Shown here piece after piece: positions 1-14,400 of a stretch of 64,000 nt of DNA. The notes beneath the pieces were generated by a model, which saw nothing but the letters and a program-made list of their open reading frames with translations, made no database searches and was not told the DNA's origin. Within the stretch, counting starts at the first letter, position 1; each line of letters begins with the position of its first letter. A program made the position numbers and the translations under genes. The stretch covers positions 5,202,898 to 5,266,897 of the forward strand of contig OZ199839.1 of the NCBI GenBank assembly GCA_964304625.1. Direction: 5' to 3'. The stretch is from Kudoa neothunni (taxonomy: Eukaryota; Animalia; Cnidaria).

Positions 1-1179
1 TTTAGCTATTAAAACTTGAAGGTATTTTCAAACATTTCAGTTCACCCGCCAATTTAATGACCCAAATCTAGACATTTGAAAGCATTATTCGCCCGGAATT
101 CTCATACAGAAAGAGATTTATTAAGTGATATTATCAATTTATATGAGATTAAAGATTTTTATTTTAAAAAATAATGTGCTTGTAGACATTTCATGAAAAT
201 TTAATCTGCATATCCTAACTATATTTTTGTATTATCCTTATATGCCAATCGTATTATTTATAGTCAACGAAATACATTTTTTAAATAGTTTATTTAACAG
301 AACAGAAAATCAATCTAGAAATAAATTTAGTTAATAAAACATTTAATAAAAAAGACATTTTATTATGACATCAAAATCTAATAAAGTAATAAAATATATA
401 TTTTTTTAACCAAAAAAAGTTGTCATTGAATAGTTTTTATTAACTTGGAATTGCACATAAATTTTTATTCGCATGTTTTAAACATGTTTTTGATTTTGCA
501 TAACGTGTTTAATTAAGAAAATTATAAACCAAAATAAATTAATGTAGTAATAATGTTTGTCTCATTTAAAAATTTTTATAAACAAAAATTTTTTAACTGC
601 TGTTATATATAACACTGGTGTGGATATTATATTTGACTTTATTCCTGAATTAAATGATTAATTCTCTTATATTTAGGTTGATTATTTTAAAAAGTATAAT
701 TTTCTTATTATATTTGTTAAAAATAAATAAAAATATTTTGTGTTTAAATGTTTGTTTTTATATTAAAGCAAACAATAATAAACTACATAATTAATGTTAT
801 ATTCAAATAGATCTCTATCAAACAATGCTACACCAAACTGGTGTGTTATTTATTAATATGATTACTCATACCTTCATCAAATAGATATAAGTATTACATT
901 AATAATTTTTACTTGTTTATATTGGTTTTATTAAAGATTAGGTTGAACATCGCAAACGAAAATCTTTAAACATTGATTTTTCTATTTAATCAACATACAA
1001 TGATATATTTGAATCTTTTACCATTAATTTTTTAAAATTAAAAGCAAAAAAATTCCTTATCTAAATAAATTTTGTTTTAAATGCCATAATGTATTGATAT
1101 TAAGTAATGACCAGTTAGATTCGAATGAATTTGGTATACATTTGGATTTATTGAATTTACAAGAAAATATTCTATAGTT

Positions 1180-1710
1180 GTCTTCGTAATTTTGTAAATA
1201 GAAAGAAGTTATATGTAAAAAAATTGTGTTGGTCGCATTGAATATTAAAGCGAAAGATTATTATCTGCTACTAGTTTGTAACTTTATAGATGATATCATT
1301 GGGCCTGAAAAACCAAAAATAATCATTAATAATGAAATATATTTAAAACATTAATTCGAATATAATGAACTGGCGGAGGTAATTAAAAAGCAAGAGTAAT
1401 AAGTCGACACAAGACAAGCTTGGCGGTTTAATAATATTAATTAAGAAAACAATATTCAAGCTTGAAAAGCCCGATTAAAATTAAAGCTAGATAAAATTTT
1501 TAGATTAATAAATTAAAAATAATTATTATAAGCGTATATGGTTTCAATAATTATAATATTTTCATTATGTATAATATCGGATATAAATATTATTAAAACA
1601 TTAAAATTGTCAACGTTAAATTCGATTATACATTTACGATATTAGCGTGGGTCGCGGGATATTTTTTTTAAAAAATATGGATCACGGCTAAAAAAGGTTT
1701 GGAAACAGTG
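1180..1710 (+). mobile_element. 3' remnant of a hAT (Charlie/Buster-like) element
   Basis: Terminal GTGGGTCGCG..AAAAAGGTTTGGAAACAGTG; weak trace of a dimerisation-domain motif (ALNIKAK). Confidence 0.4.
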
Positions 1711-4700
1711 GATTAAAGCATTCTATGTAGTGAATTCAATAAATCTTTAAAGTATATATACTTACAGCAATGTTTAATTGTATAGTTAAAATCAATATAA
1801 AAGCTTACTGTTTGCATTTAAATAGTGGTGAGCATAATTCTATCTTCTTAAATGTTATTGCGGCAAATATAGATAAACTGTTAATTTTAATAATGTAAAA
1901 ATTAAAAAAACTTAAATTTTACTCTAATGCGTTATCTGAAATTAATGTCCACAATAGAAGGGAAACAAGTTTTGTATTCTTGATTACAGTAACCTGTGCG
2001 GGGAATCTAAGTTTTCACTGTAGCGTCATTTGTATGATGGAATCCTCTCCGGATTGAAAGTTGACTTACATAACTCATTAAAAAGTCATATTAATCGTTA
2101 TGGACCCCTTTTTATCTGCGATTTAAAACGAAAGAATTGCGAAAAATACAAAATTCCTAGTCTAAAATTCTAAAATATTTTAATAAAGCTTTAATTTACT
2201 ACAAAATAACGTTTGTATTCTTTTCGACTCTCTATAAAAAAGAACTCTTAAAGGTAACAAAAATCATCAACATAGAGAGGTAACTGCCGCTTTAGCATTA
2301 CTTTTTGAGCTAGTAATGACATGGAAAATTTTTCATAATCATATTCTTAAATGAGATACATGATCATCTTGGTAATATTTCAATATACAAGTCTCTGCCT
2401 CATCGAAAGAGTCTATTTCTCAGATAATCATATCTTTGGATTAATATCATTTGGATCTAATAAAAAGCGTATACAAAAATTGTTATGATATGAAACGAGT
2501 AAAAATATCACAGTTAAATCTCTACACAATGTAAAAACAAGAGGAATAATCAACATGGATGTATTTAAGGTTATCAATGTGTTAACTCATGATGTTAATT
2601 GTGATGTTAAAATTATAAAAATGACAATAATGTTGTTACTTGATCATTTTTGGTTGATCCCCAATGCGACTAACTCTTCAATTTTGTTGAAAATTTGTGC
2701 CGATGGAGGGCAATAAATAGAATTTTTGAAGTTGCGTTGATTGTAAATTCAAATATTTTTGGGAAATTCCACAATTTTTATTCTTATTAGTGCTCCCTTG
2801 TATTTAACTGCTGCTAACGATCCTATTTGAGAATTTCGCGTAACTTATGCATACATTATGTATGAAAAAATTCAAACAGACATTGATGGCTCCTTGAAAC
2901 AAATTTTAGAATGCTTCTCTGTTCTGAATGAAAAATTACGTATCGTTGTTACGGTTGAGAACATAAAGTATGGGAATTTTTGAGAATTGTCTCTTCAAAT
3001 ATCCATTTTTTACCTGTAAACATTGTGTAATACAAATATTTCAAAGAAAGTTAGCAAAATAATACGAAAATAACAACTGATATTGAAATAAAATCATTAA
3101 AATATTAACAAATATTAGTTAGAGTTATCATTCCCATCGAAAGTGAAAGCAATTGGACGAGCTAAAGAACCTGTGCTAACAGTCATTGCTTTTTCTAGAA
3201 AAAAATAATATACTATCTATTTAAAATACTAACTGGTTATTAAAAAAAAGTTTTATTTGAGCACGAAAATAATATCATAATCAGTCTAATACAATATTTC
3301 TAACTCGCTCGCTTAAGAATTTTCATAAAATAATAATTCACTTCATAACTGTTTTAACTTTTCAAATTATATAAGTATGCCGCCCCTTTAAAATAAGTGA
3401 GCAGTTGCCACAAAATTAAAAACGTTTCTTGGCGCACACTCATGTTAATAGAAGTCAAAATTGTTTATTTCATTGGAGTATTCTCCTTATTAACTAATCT
3501 TTCGCACACAATTTTGAATAATAATTTTATTAGATGTTAAAACCGTGAACTAAGGCTATTTTGTAACCCAAAACTCCTTAAAAATATTGTTTTATTTTTC
3601 TTTAAAATTGTTAATTATGTTAGGCCCACAATAATTAATTACAAATAAAAATTTCAAATTTTATGTCAGTTTATAGATTTGGAATTATTCCCTTCCGTAG
3701 CAATAGACAACCCCCGTGTGCGAATTATACGAATCGGTAGCAATAGCCACTGCCTTAAGTCTATGTCCATAAGAAAAAGAAATTCCTATTTTATGCGAGC
3801 ATTAGGTGTTCAATTGTAGCAAATGCATAACCATAGTATTAAAAATAATTTATTGTATGAGATTAAGTCAATCCCGTCAGAAATTATATAAATATAACAA
3901 TGATTTGGCTTTGAAAATATAAAAAATTTATAATCTAACTAATCATAATCTTTAATCTGAAAATACGGCCATTATGCTGCAATTTAACCGCTATTTATTT
4001 AAATTATACGCAAATCGCCACTCATGTTTAAAAAAAAACAATCTAAAACATTATACTAAAATATACGTTGTTTTTTAAACTCCAACTTAAAATCTATCCG
4101 GATATAATCTTTTCTATTGAAAATTTCTAAATATTTCACTAAAATCGATCTCTTTAATTAACTAAGTTTATTAAAATGAAGCCAATATACGTTTATTATG
4201 TGGCTTTATTCAAAATTCCGTGTTTCATCAAAAATACTATTAAGCGGAATAATATTCGCTTAACCAACTTTCCAAGCATTTATAAATGTTCACATGATGT
4301 TAATACTATTTATTACCATTATTATTTTATTTTTACAGAATAAAATTTCCCATTAAAAAACCTCAAATACAATAATTATCGTTTAAAAATTATTATCTCA
4401 AATTTTGTACGATAAGAAAAATAAAGGATTGGATTTTTTTAAGTTCTCTATATTACAAATTGGAATTTAAAAAATGATATCATAAAAAACGAAATTATAA
4501 TTTAATTTTTGAATAAATTAAATTAAAAATATGCCAATTAAATATACTTTATGGTAAATGAAGCAATATAACAAATAAATAAATTTTCTTCAAAATAAAT
4601 TATTATCTATTATTTGAAGTAGGTTGAGAGTTGTTAATCTCAGTTCAAAATTAAGTCGCTTCCATGTATGCGCAAAAATTTCTATTTAATCTCCTGTGCA

Positions 4701-5426
4701 CATGCGTCAATTTCTCTCAATCTTTATTTTTATATTGAACATACCACTTATATTCTCAGAATCCAATAAAGTAAATTACTTCACACTCTTTGTTATTTTT
4801 ACAAGATTCAATAACAATAAACTACATTAAAAATTAAACACAAGGGATTAAATGGAGCTACACCTCAACAGTGGAAATTTTATTTTTTTAAAATTTTCTT
4901 TAAAAAAGTTTTTGTTTGTTATTTTAAACGATTTAAGCTAAAATGAAAAAAGATTAATGATTTTTTTGGTGTGATTGAACTAGTACTCAATCAACAAATA
5001 AATAAACATAACAAAAATTCGATTATGTTCTTTTTTCGTTATAACCATTTAAAAATGATTGTAGGGTTTATACGCTTTATAAAAATACAATAAATGTGCA
5101 ACATTTGTAATGACAAATAGATTAAATAAAATGGTGAAAAACGAACTAACTTCGTGTAAAAATTATTTTAATATTTTTTTATCTAAAATTTTCCTCGGAA
5201 AATAATAATCATTTTACTAAAAATTCATCCATATTTTTATTTTGTATTCGTGCGCAAGCGCTTGTATTATTTTTAACAAGCCATAAAATATAAAAATATT
5301 GAATTATAAACTTCTCCAAATTAAAAAAACATATTGAATACAAAAATATTTTATTCAGAAAATTTAATCGAAAATTAACAACGAAATTTTGAGTTTATAA
5401 CAAACATGCGCTGACAACTTTTACCA

Positions 5427-8400
5427 ATGAGTACCGTTATTTATGAGTTGGAGCCGGTAGGAAGGTTCAGAGTTAACAACAATCGAGTATTTGTGTTTCA
5501 ATCTGACTCTATTTTCAACTGTATAAAGGACAATGTGGAAGTTATTGTGAAAACGTACTTTAGATGGTTTAGAAATTGTAAGTCGGCTGTATGTCGGTGT
5601 GTTTTAAGTTTATCAATTTAATTTTAGATTTGTAACTACTATAAAATTAATGCAATCGTTTGGTTGAATTTAATATTTGTAGCAATAATTGCGATGACCA
5701 AGACGACGACAAACTTCCACACATTGAAAAATTCCACATTTCAAAAAAGCATGGTTTATTTGGATTGCTCACCGTATGTGCTTTATTGAAATAATCACGT
5801 AATCTATAATAATGCCAAAGATGCAACAGATATTTGGCAATTGGTGTTTATGGCGTTGTCTTGATCTAGTATAATGTCGTTGATTTAAATGTTTTATTGA
5901 TTAAAAACAAATAGCGATGTATATGCCGATAAATACGATCGACCGATGAAACATACCTGTAGATATTTTGTTGTTTTATTTTGTTTATCATTGTCAAATT
6001 ATAAACAGTCGAGAGAGAAGAGATTCAATTAGACCTACCTAAACAACTTTGCTGGAGTAATGACAGTTCAATCGTGGCTCTGTTTTCCAAGTAATATGCT
6101 CATTTTTAAATCTAAGCTGTAAATAGTTGTAAAGAGCTAACCTTAAGATTATAATCCTTTCCACCGGCGTTTCTCCCCCGATTTATAACAAAGAAGACAA
6201 TTTATCGGAAACTATGGTTACTTTCCATCCTTAACCATTTTTATAATATGTGTTTAATGAATGTAGTGTGTGTTGTCGATGGAATTATTTGTTGAGGAAT
6301 TTCAAACGCAAATCAAGCTTATTAGTTTTCATTTCATTGATCGATACGCTTTCGCACTGTTTGAAAATGGTGTTGCTTACTTGTTTAAAGTAGAATGTTT
6401 TAAGAGATATGCTGAGTAATTTGTTAACGCCGTATTTAAAAATTACATTGGCGCTATTAGAGATGGGAAGCTAGACCACATTAGTTTTTCTAAACAATTG
6501 ATTTGTGAGTGTGGTGTTCAGTTCAATGCCGATGTTGTACACAACTACCACAACAACAAATTCTACCTCTTCAACTATTCGAAAAGTTACTCGATGAGTT
6601 GTTGTAGCAGTAACAACTGCTTCAGGTGTTGTTATAATATGAAATGCAGCGAAATTGTTATTACGGAAGATAATTCGTTGGGTCCAACTGTGGAGTTGAT
6701 AGCTTGCGGCCAGCAATCTACAACTCATAATGTACTACACTAAAGTTACATTAATCGTAGTAACTCATTCTTTCGGTAGACCTATCAAGGAATGAAACTC
6801 TACACCAAAACTTTTAAGGAATTCCTTACCGGCAGCAATAATAACAATCGACAAGTTTTTAAATTCATTAATACTTTCTGTTGTAATTCAGCTAAAAGAA
6901 ACATATTCACACAATCAAATATCATCCATTCAATGCGGAAAAATGTATCATTCTATATACCAACAACACATTGCAATGTATTGATATTATAACACTAACT
7001 GTGGAATATACTCTCGATCTCAACGATCGTAACTATCAATCAAGCAACACCAAAAGTAACGCCGCATTAAACTACCAAAGTTATTACTTTATTAGAAATT
7101 CGCTTTATCAGTGTCACATGGAGTGACCATGGGGTAATTAGAGCGTTTCTTAAACTCTATTAAATTAAATAAATTAGAGTTTGGTTCTTTGTGACATGGA
7201 TGGCGGTGTTCATTTGTTACGTTTGGCTAACAGGTAATTTCGAATGAGGCTTTATTCACAATCAAATTTGTTGTTAAAAAACATTTCTCTTCGCCCGCAT
7301 TAATATATTCTAGCTTGGACAGCTAGAACTTGTAAATTTTAATTTTGGAGCTTTCTGTTTTAGATTGATTAATTTTTCAATATTCGTAAAAATATACGAT
7401 TACAACGCTTATGAGATTCAATAAAAAATATTTTATTAATAAAATTATTATTATATTTTCTAACTTAATCATCAAATATGTCTTTACAAATATTATTTGA
7501 GCGTTTGTGGTACGTTGTTTATTCATCCATCTATTTATTTTTTGTTCATGAAGATTGTATCATCCCTGTTGTAAATTTTTTACGATCTTCTCGTAACTGT
7601 TTTTAAAACAATTTCTAATACGACTTCTGTCTAAATGTGAATGAACAGTTGTATCGCCAATAAAGTGACCTAAAGAATTCTTCAAAATAATCTTTTATTT
7701 GATTTAATAAATCATTCACAAGTGAAATGATTAACATAGAGTATTATAACCGCAATTGTTCTCTATCTCTGTATTTTTTGATTCTTATTATTTCTTAGGC
7801 GTTCCTTATGTGGTAAATTTTAAAAAATATTAATTCATGATAGTTTTTTATTATAAATGATTAATTTTTGAACACTAATAGGTGAATTTGGATATTTTCG
7901 TGGTAAATAATATAAGATGTTAGTTTTTATTACATTTAATTATTTCAATCTGACCACCACTCTTAGAGGCCATAAATCATATCTTTATCTTTATATATAA
8001 AGCTGGCGGTGGTTTGAGTAAATACATTATTTATACCAGGGGTTTTAATGTATTTTACTTAATAAGCGTACTTTGAACGTTCTATGGACGACATTAGATA
8101 TAACAAAAAGTCTAGATTATTCTTAATTAATAGAGATGTATAATGCGTTTTATAATCAGATAGATAGAAGATTAAGCTGTATAATACATGCACTCTGTCC
8201 GTAGATTTAATTAAAATTGTCTGTTATGTTGACATTGTAGTGATCATATTAAATGCAGGCAATTGTACGTTTACTTCATCTAATTTGTTGAATTATTTAT
8301 GCTAATATTGACGTGATTTGAAGCTTTTTGTGGGAAAGAGTGCATTAAATTCCATCTCGAGCCAGAGGATACTTTGGGCAATAAAAAATAATGTTCTTAA

Positions 8401-11400
8401 GTTTTCTCCTATCTATATCTTTTTCTATTTTCCCCTTCTTTAAATAGTTTCGCATAAGGTCCTGAGCCGGGTTAGAACTCGATTTTGAAGAATCCCAGGA
8501 CCGAAAAATAACGTTCCAAATAGCACTATGTGGGTATTTGAATGATTCGGGAATGCCAACAAATAACGCTGATATTTAATTATTTAGCGTTAGTTGGGGG
8601 CCACAGAATTATTAGTTGAGTGCGGGGATTAGTACACCGTTGCCCAGAAATCATCATGTTTATAATTTCTTTAATTACACTCATTAAAAGTATGCTGTCT
8701 CAAATTACCTTAATTTTGCTGTTTCTATGGATTAATTTGAAAAGTTAATATCGTTTTTGAATGTTTTTAAAAATTTCTCCATGCATAATATTCCCAAACA
8801 ACACTGGGAGGTTCACGCCAGTAATTGAATAAATCATATTCAATAAAATTAAATTAAATTTCGATTACGCGTGTGTCGATGCCATTAAGAATTAACCCTT
8901 AAAAGCTAACCTTGGGTTTCATGCACCCACCCCTTCGTTATTTAGTTGTGAGAATTGTTGTTTTGTGAAGTGTCGTATTTTTTCAAATAATTTTATTTCA
9001 TCATTCGATTGTTAATATTTTTTTAAAAAATCTTTCAAAATTCTGGAGAAATATAAAAAAATATAATAATTTTAACAAAATTTATGAAAAAAATAATATT
9101 AAGCTGCATCTGTGGAATCCAAAGTTTGTTTTTTTCCTGCAGAATTTACCATTTGTCGAATGCATTACTATTGTTGACCATTATAAACTTAACTGAATGT
9201 TTAGGCCTGAAAATTAATTTAATGACAAAAATGAAATAAAATACTAAATTTAAACGCATTGCACGACACTCATTTGCATAATATTTAAATATATTCTTGT
9301 GGATAATCACTAACGACACAAATAGTTAAGCAAACTTAATAATAATTGTAAGGTAAACTTTAAATTACATGATATCGATATTTAAATATACATTATTACT
9401 TTTGAGTTATTTTGCTTTGTTTATCATTGTTATACCTCAGATATAATTTAATTATACATATTTCTAACCACAAATTTTTATTTTAATTTTCAAACCGTGT
9501 GTTTAATCCATTATATATTTTAAATTCTTACCAAAAATAACATTTTTATCATTGTATATTAATAAATTATATGCACTGAATGTAAAAGATAAAAAATATT
9601 GATACCGAATTTTGAAGAATTTATATTATTGCCAGTGAAAATAGCCCCAATTTTTTTAATCTTTGGAAACATCAACTTAATTAATTAATGCACATTTAGA
9701 TTTCTGACTAAAATTGCCACAACTTTTGTACATCTAGCTGATTTTGCAACCACCAGTTTATTCCAGGATAGGTTTTTCTATCTTACGGTAGGTGATTCTA
9801 TTTAATCTACTGACATCTAACTTACAATATCGGTATATAGGTGGATGAGAACTTACGCAGAGAATCCACTTCCAAGTATCATACTCATATGCATGTAATC
9901 AATATTTTATGTTTAATCTGTCACCAGCAATGGAAACAACAGTCCCTCATCGTTATGTCGATTGTATGTGATGAGACCACAAACAATTCAGGAGTATTAC
10001 CATCAAAAAGTAGATTCTATAACATTCCCTGAAAATTTTACTATGGCAATAATAAAAAATCTGCATAGATATTAAATCAAGAGTTTGAACAAGCGGAAAG
10101 TTTGGCAACTGAACACGCATTGGACAAGAGTTTCATCTACAAAGAGAAATGGTTGATTTCCGAGAAAAACATTGACGATATAAACGCTTTATTTGTAACT
10201 TGATGTAAAGTAGTTTCCATATAATAGAGATATTGTAGGAAAAATTGTGGACCAATGATAACATTGATTGGGTTATGAATCAGTGCGTAGATTTCAGCTC
10301 TAACAAAGGTGAAAACTACTGCAGAATCTACGATTTAGCGTTAAAATGCTGTTGTGATTATTCGCCGTCATCTCCTAAACTAGTCTATTTTTATCGTCTG
10401 ATGATAATCTATCGTTACAGACTGGAATTCTATTTGGCATGTGTTAGGTTGAAAAATCTCCCTTTTAGCAGTCGATATTTTGATCGTTTCAAATCAATCG
10501 ACATTTTTGAGTATGTTTGCAATTTGTGCGAAAGTGGAAGAGATATTGAAGTTGTAAAATTGTTCTTCAACTATTTCTACTTTGACATCCAACAATATCA
10601 TCTTATTTGTATGGCAATGTTCCCACCATGCTTGGATGTTTCTCTTTATGAGGATTTGTTGTTACCATGCGATTGTGGGAAATTCACAGTGAATACGAGG
10701 GAATTTTGTGAATCTGTTCCATCAAATTCCTATCTCAATCCATCTACTATTTTGTTTGATCATACTAACAAATCATCACAGCCAATGCCTTATCCATCTC
10801 ATCTCTCTCAATTTAAGTTCGTTTTAATAATCAATTTAAGCTAGGATGTATTTTATTTGGTTAGATTGGAAAAATTCGACCAATTCCTTGATACCGTTAC
10901 TATCGAAACTGTCGTAGTCGACTGGTACAAATGGATGATCAAATACATAGACACTTCAACTGGTCTTTTTGCGAATGATTATAGATTGTGTTGCTATGGG
11001 TTTCATCAGAAAAATTTATCCAAACTTGAGAAGATACACAATGATCTAAGCGTTCTAAATGTTATTGTTCATAAGGTGTGTTATTACAATTAGTCGAGAA
11101 AATTTTATAAATTAATAGTACAAATGTGTGAGGATGAATCTGGATCAGCTGTATCGAATAAAACTGAGCGATTTATTACGCCAGATTGTTCAAATTGAAG
11201 AATTTGGATATTTTTTCCGAGATTATCTAGTAAATTTTATCAGAGATAATTATGTTTTTTCGAAAGAAGACACACTTAAAAGTATCAGATAATTCCAATA
11301 CGGAAATAATATTTTTAAACTGACGAATAATATAAAAATTAATTTAAAATAGATATAAAAAAATATCAGAGCGTATTTTTGAAGAGTGTTGTTGAATTGA

Positions 11401-14400
11401 GTGAATATAATTTGGAGTTTCTGTCGACATTTGTGGATAAAACCGAACATCTTATTTCTGAAGTTTGTTATCATTAGATCTATTTGGTTTATTTTAAATC
11501 TAGGTTCATTCTGTTTTCAACTCAAGATTCGTGACCGTTTTGATTGCGGTTGTACTTAGAAATACTCAATGGTAATTTTATGTGTGGTTATTCTTTATCA
11601 CATTGGGATAGCTTTTATCACGCGGTCCCAAAAAATATTGTTGATCATATGAAAAAAATTTCATCTAATAAAAATCAACCTGCTCAAGTCAATACAAGCG
11701 AAACCGACTCAAATTCTAAATATTTGAGTGGTGTTGCTGATTTTGAATTTTTCTTGAAGTAATTTACTTGTAACAATGTGACTCAACGCCTTTTTATATT
11801 TTTCAGATTTTGCCAACTTATCAGTTTTTATTTTTTTGACATTCCCTCCAACATAATACTTCATCACAAAGTATTTTAATAATTTTCGATTGATATGGAA
11901 ACGTTGTTTAGGATAATCCAACTATAAAACTGTACAAAACTATAATCTACGAGTTTGTTAGAGTGTCTCAGAATTTCGACGTAGAATTCAAAACCAAATT
12001 TTGGGTGGTTTTTATTCAGTTTTTGACCAATGATTTTGTGGATACAATGGAAGATGTGTCCAACGTTGAGTTGATTCAAAAATTTAAGTCTGCCACTTTT
12101 CAAGTATTACTACAGATAGATTTAATTAGAAATTATTTTATTTTACAGACATGCATGTCTGTGCTGCTCGACAATAATGAGGATATAAATCAAATGTGGC
12201 CGTTTTTGGAAAAATTTTGTCAACTTCAACCTCATTATTCTCCATCCGATAATTTACCGAATTTACTGGAGTACTGTTTGGTGAGAGGTTTGATTGGTGA
12301 GCATGTTCAAAAACTTTTAACACTGTCCAACGACACAGTCAGTTATTCTCTTATCTATCCGCAGTTATTGTATATAGAGCAGTTGATTATTTTTGAAGTT
12401 AATTTTATTAATTTCCTTAGCAAATTTATCGAGTATTCAAATGAAAATCACTATTTTGAGGATGTGGAACTCTTTTCTAAGTTAAAGCTAGCGATACAGG
12501 CTTGTAATTTGGTCAAAAAAATTGATCCTTCCTATTTGATCACTCCTGCAGAATGTATTTGCTTGAATTGTGAACGTTATTCAACGAATAATTCTATTGC
12601 TAGTGGTATTTTTGGATAACTTGGAAGAATGGGCCCGTAATTTTCTCTGCCAACATCCTCATAGCGATAGAGATTCCCTGGATCAGGTAAACTCGAAATC
12701 TATAAAATATGTCAATTTTTTTTATTGCGAAGATTATGGATTTGTTCCTAATGTTGTTGCCCAACTCCAACCCCAATGATGTTCGTATCAATGTTTATGA
12801 GACCTTGGTTGCTCATTTCTATCGGTCGAATAACTACATAGAAGCTGACTATTTTTGTCAATTGGCTATAAATCAAGGCAGTGTCTCAATTTGGAAATAC
12901 TGTAAATTGCTATCTTCCAATGCTACAGAGATTTCTACTGAAAATAAGTATCGATGTTTAATTCTAATTAATTCACTCATTCATTTTAAATATTTAGATC
13001 GTTTCTTTTGAACTATGCTTTAAAAGTATGCCCAAAAGAAGAAATTTTGCCAATTTTAGATTCGCTTGATTCTTTTGAAAGTTCCACTGAAAATTTATCG
13101 TTTAATGTTTGTTCATCGTACGTGAAAATTGATATTAGTTCATATGTTTTTAGGCGCCACCTCATCATGATCCGTTGCATTTTTATAACCTAACAAAAAT
13201 TTCCAACTTGGCTTCTTTTGAAAAATTCACCCCTGATAACTTGGATGCTTTTGAAGAATGTAACTAATAAATTTAATTCTTATAAAAGAGAATAAAATTG
13301 GTTTATATATCAACGAAGATTAACTAATTTTTGTATATTAATAAAATATATAAAAATTCGCTTTATTTATTAAACTATGCTTAAAAATAAATATAACTCA
13401 AAAATTCATTTATTCAGTGCTCACGCGAAAAATAGAATGAACGTTTTAATTGAAAAAATTCATCAGTTAATAAGAGAATAGATTATTTTCACGAATTTTA
13501 ATTTCTTTTTATAAATTATAAATTTTGATTTGTAATGTTAATTACTATAGAAAAATTCTAATATTTTTTTATTGATTTAATTATTAAATAAATGTATTTT
13601 GATTATTTAGGGTTTAAAAAATATTTCCCAATTACCGCCAAATACGCCAACCAACCCTGCATACTATCGTTTCTACTCTTGGCCATCGATTACAATGTAA
13701 AAATAATTAACCCATCTATTTAATAAGCATATTTTAGTTGATTGAGAAAGAGGAGATCCTCCGAGTGTGCTTAAATCAAACAATAAATTTGTTTTGCGCA
13801 GTTATGATTTATGTATCATTCAAATTAACGCCTTCAATCTGCTGCTCGTTCGAAGTAGTGAAAACCTCCCCTTTTGAACTGCTGCTTTCGAATGTATCAA
13901 AAATAAACCAACTTAACGTTGAAAATCATCAAAGATTTATGAAACTCGTCAGTAGCACTTGTTTTTACACTTTTTATGAGTGTTATCAACTCAAGTTAAT
14001 TTCCTTACACACTGGATTGATGATTGATACCGAAAACTTCATCCTCAATACCATCTACCAACAGAATATTCTTAAACAACTAGTCAAGTAAATTACCTAT
14101 GGTTATTTTTTAAAATATTTTATATTAATCTCTCCTGTTTATTAATAGAAACAACTACCACATCTTTCTTGAGATATCTTCATTTCATCAATACCTTTCA
14201 TCGCTATTTAAGCATTTTTCTACATCAGCCGAGTTAGACAAATTCACAATCAGTTGCCTATCAAACAACAACGATATGTTGATTGAAAGATGTGTTGGTA
14301 TTGTGAAAAATTCTGTATTGACTATCGACGAAATGAATGATCAGTTTTTGGCTCTCAAACCCCAGTACAAACTACCATTAGATAATGAGAATGTTCAAAG

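Noticed and set aside
6227-6235. U12 branch motif TCCTTAAC in an NBAS intron
   Set aside because: It lies near the 5' end of the intron, about 40 nt from the acceptor, with a non-U12 donor; it shows the motif can arise by chance.
5427-7233. A separate gene upstream of the 9.7-16.7 kb gene
   Set aside because: It encodes the NBAS N-terminal propeller motifs and joins in phase to the downstream exons.
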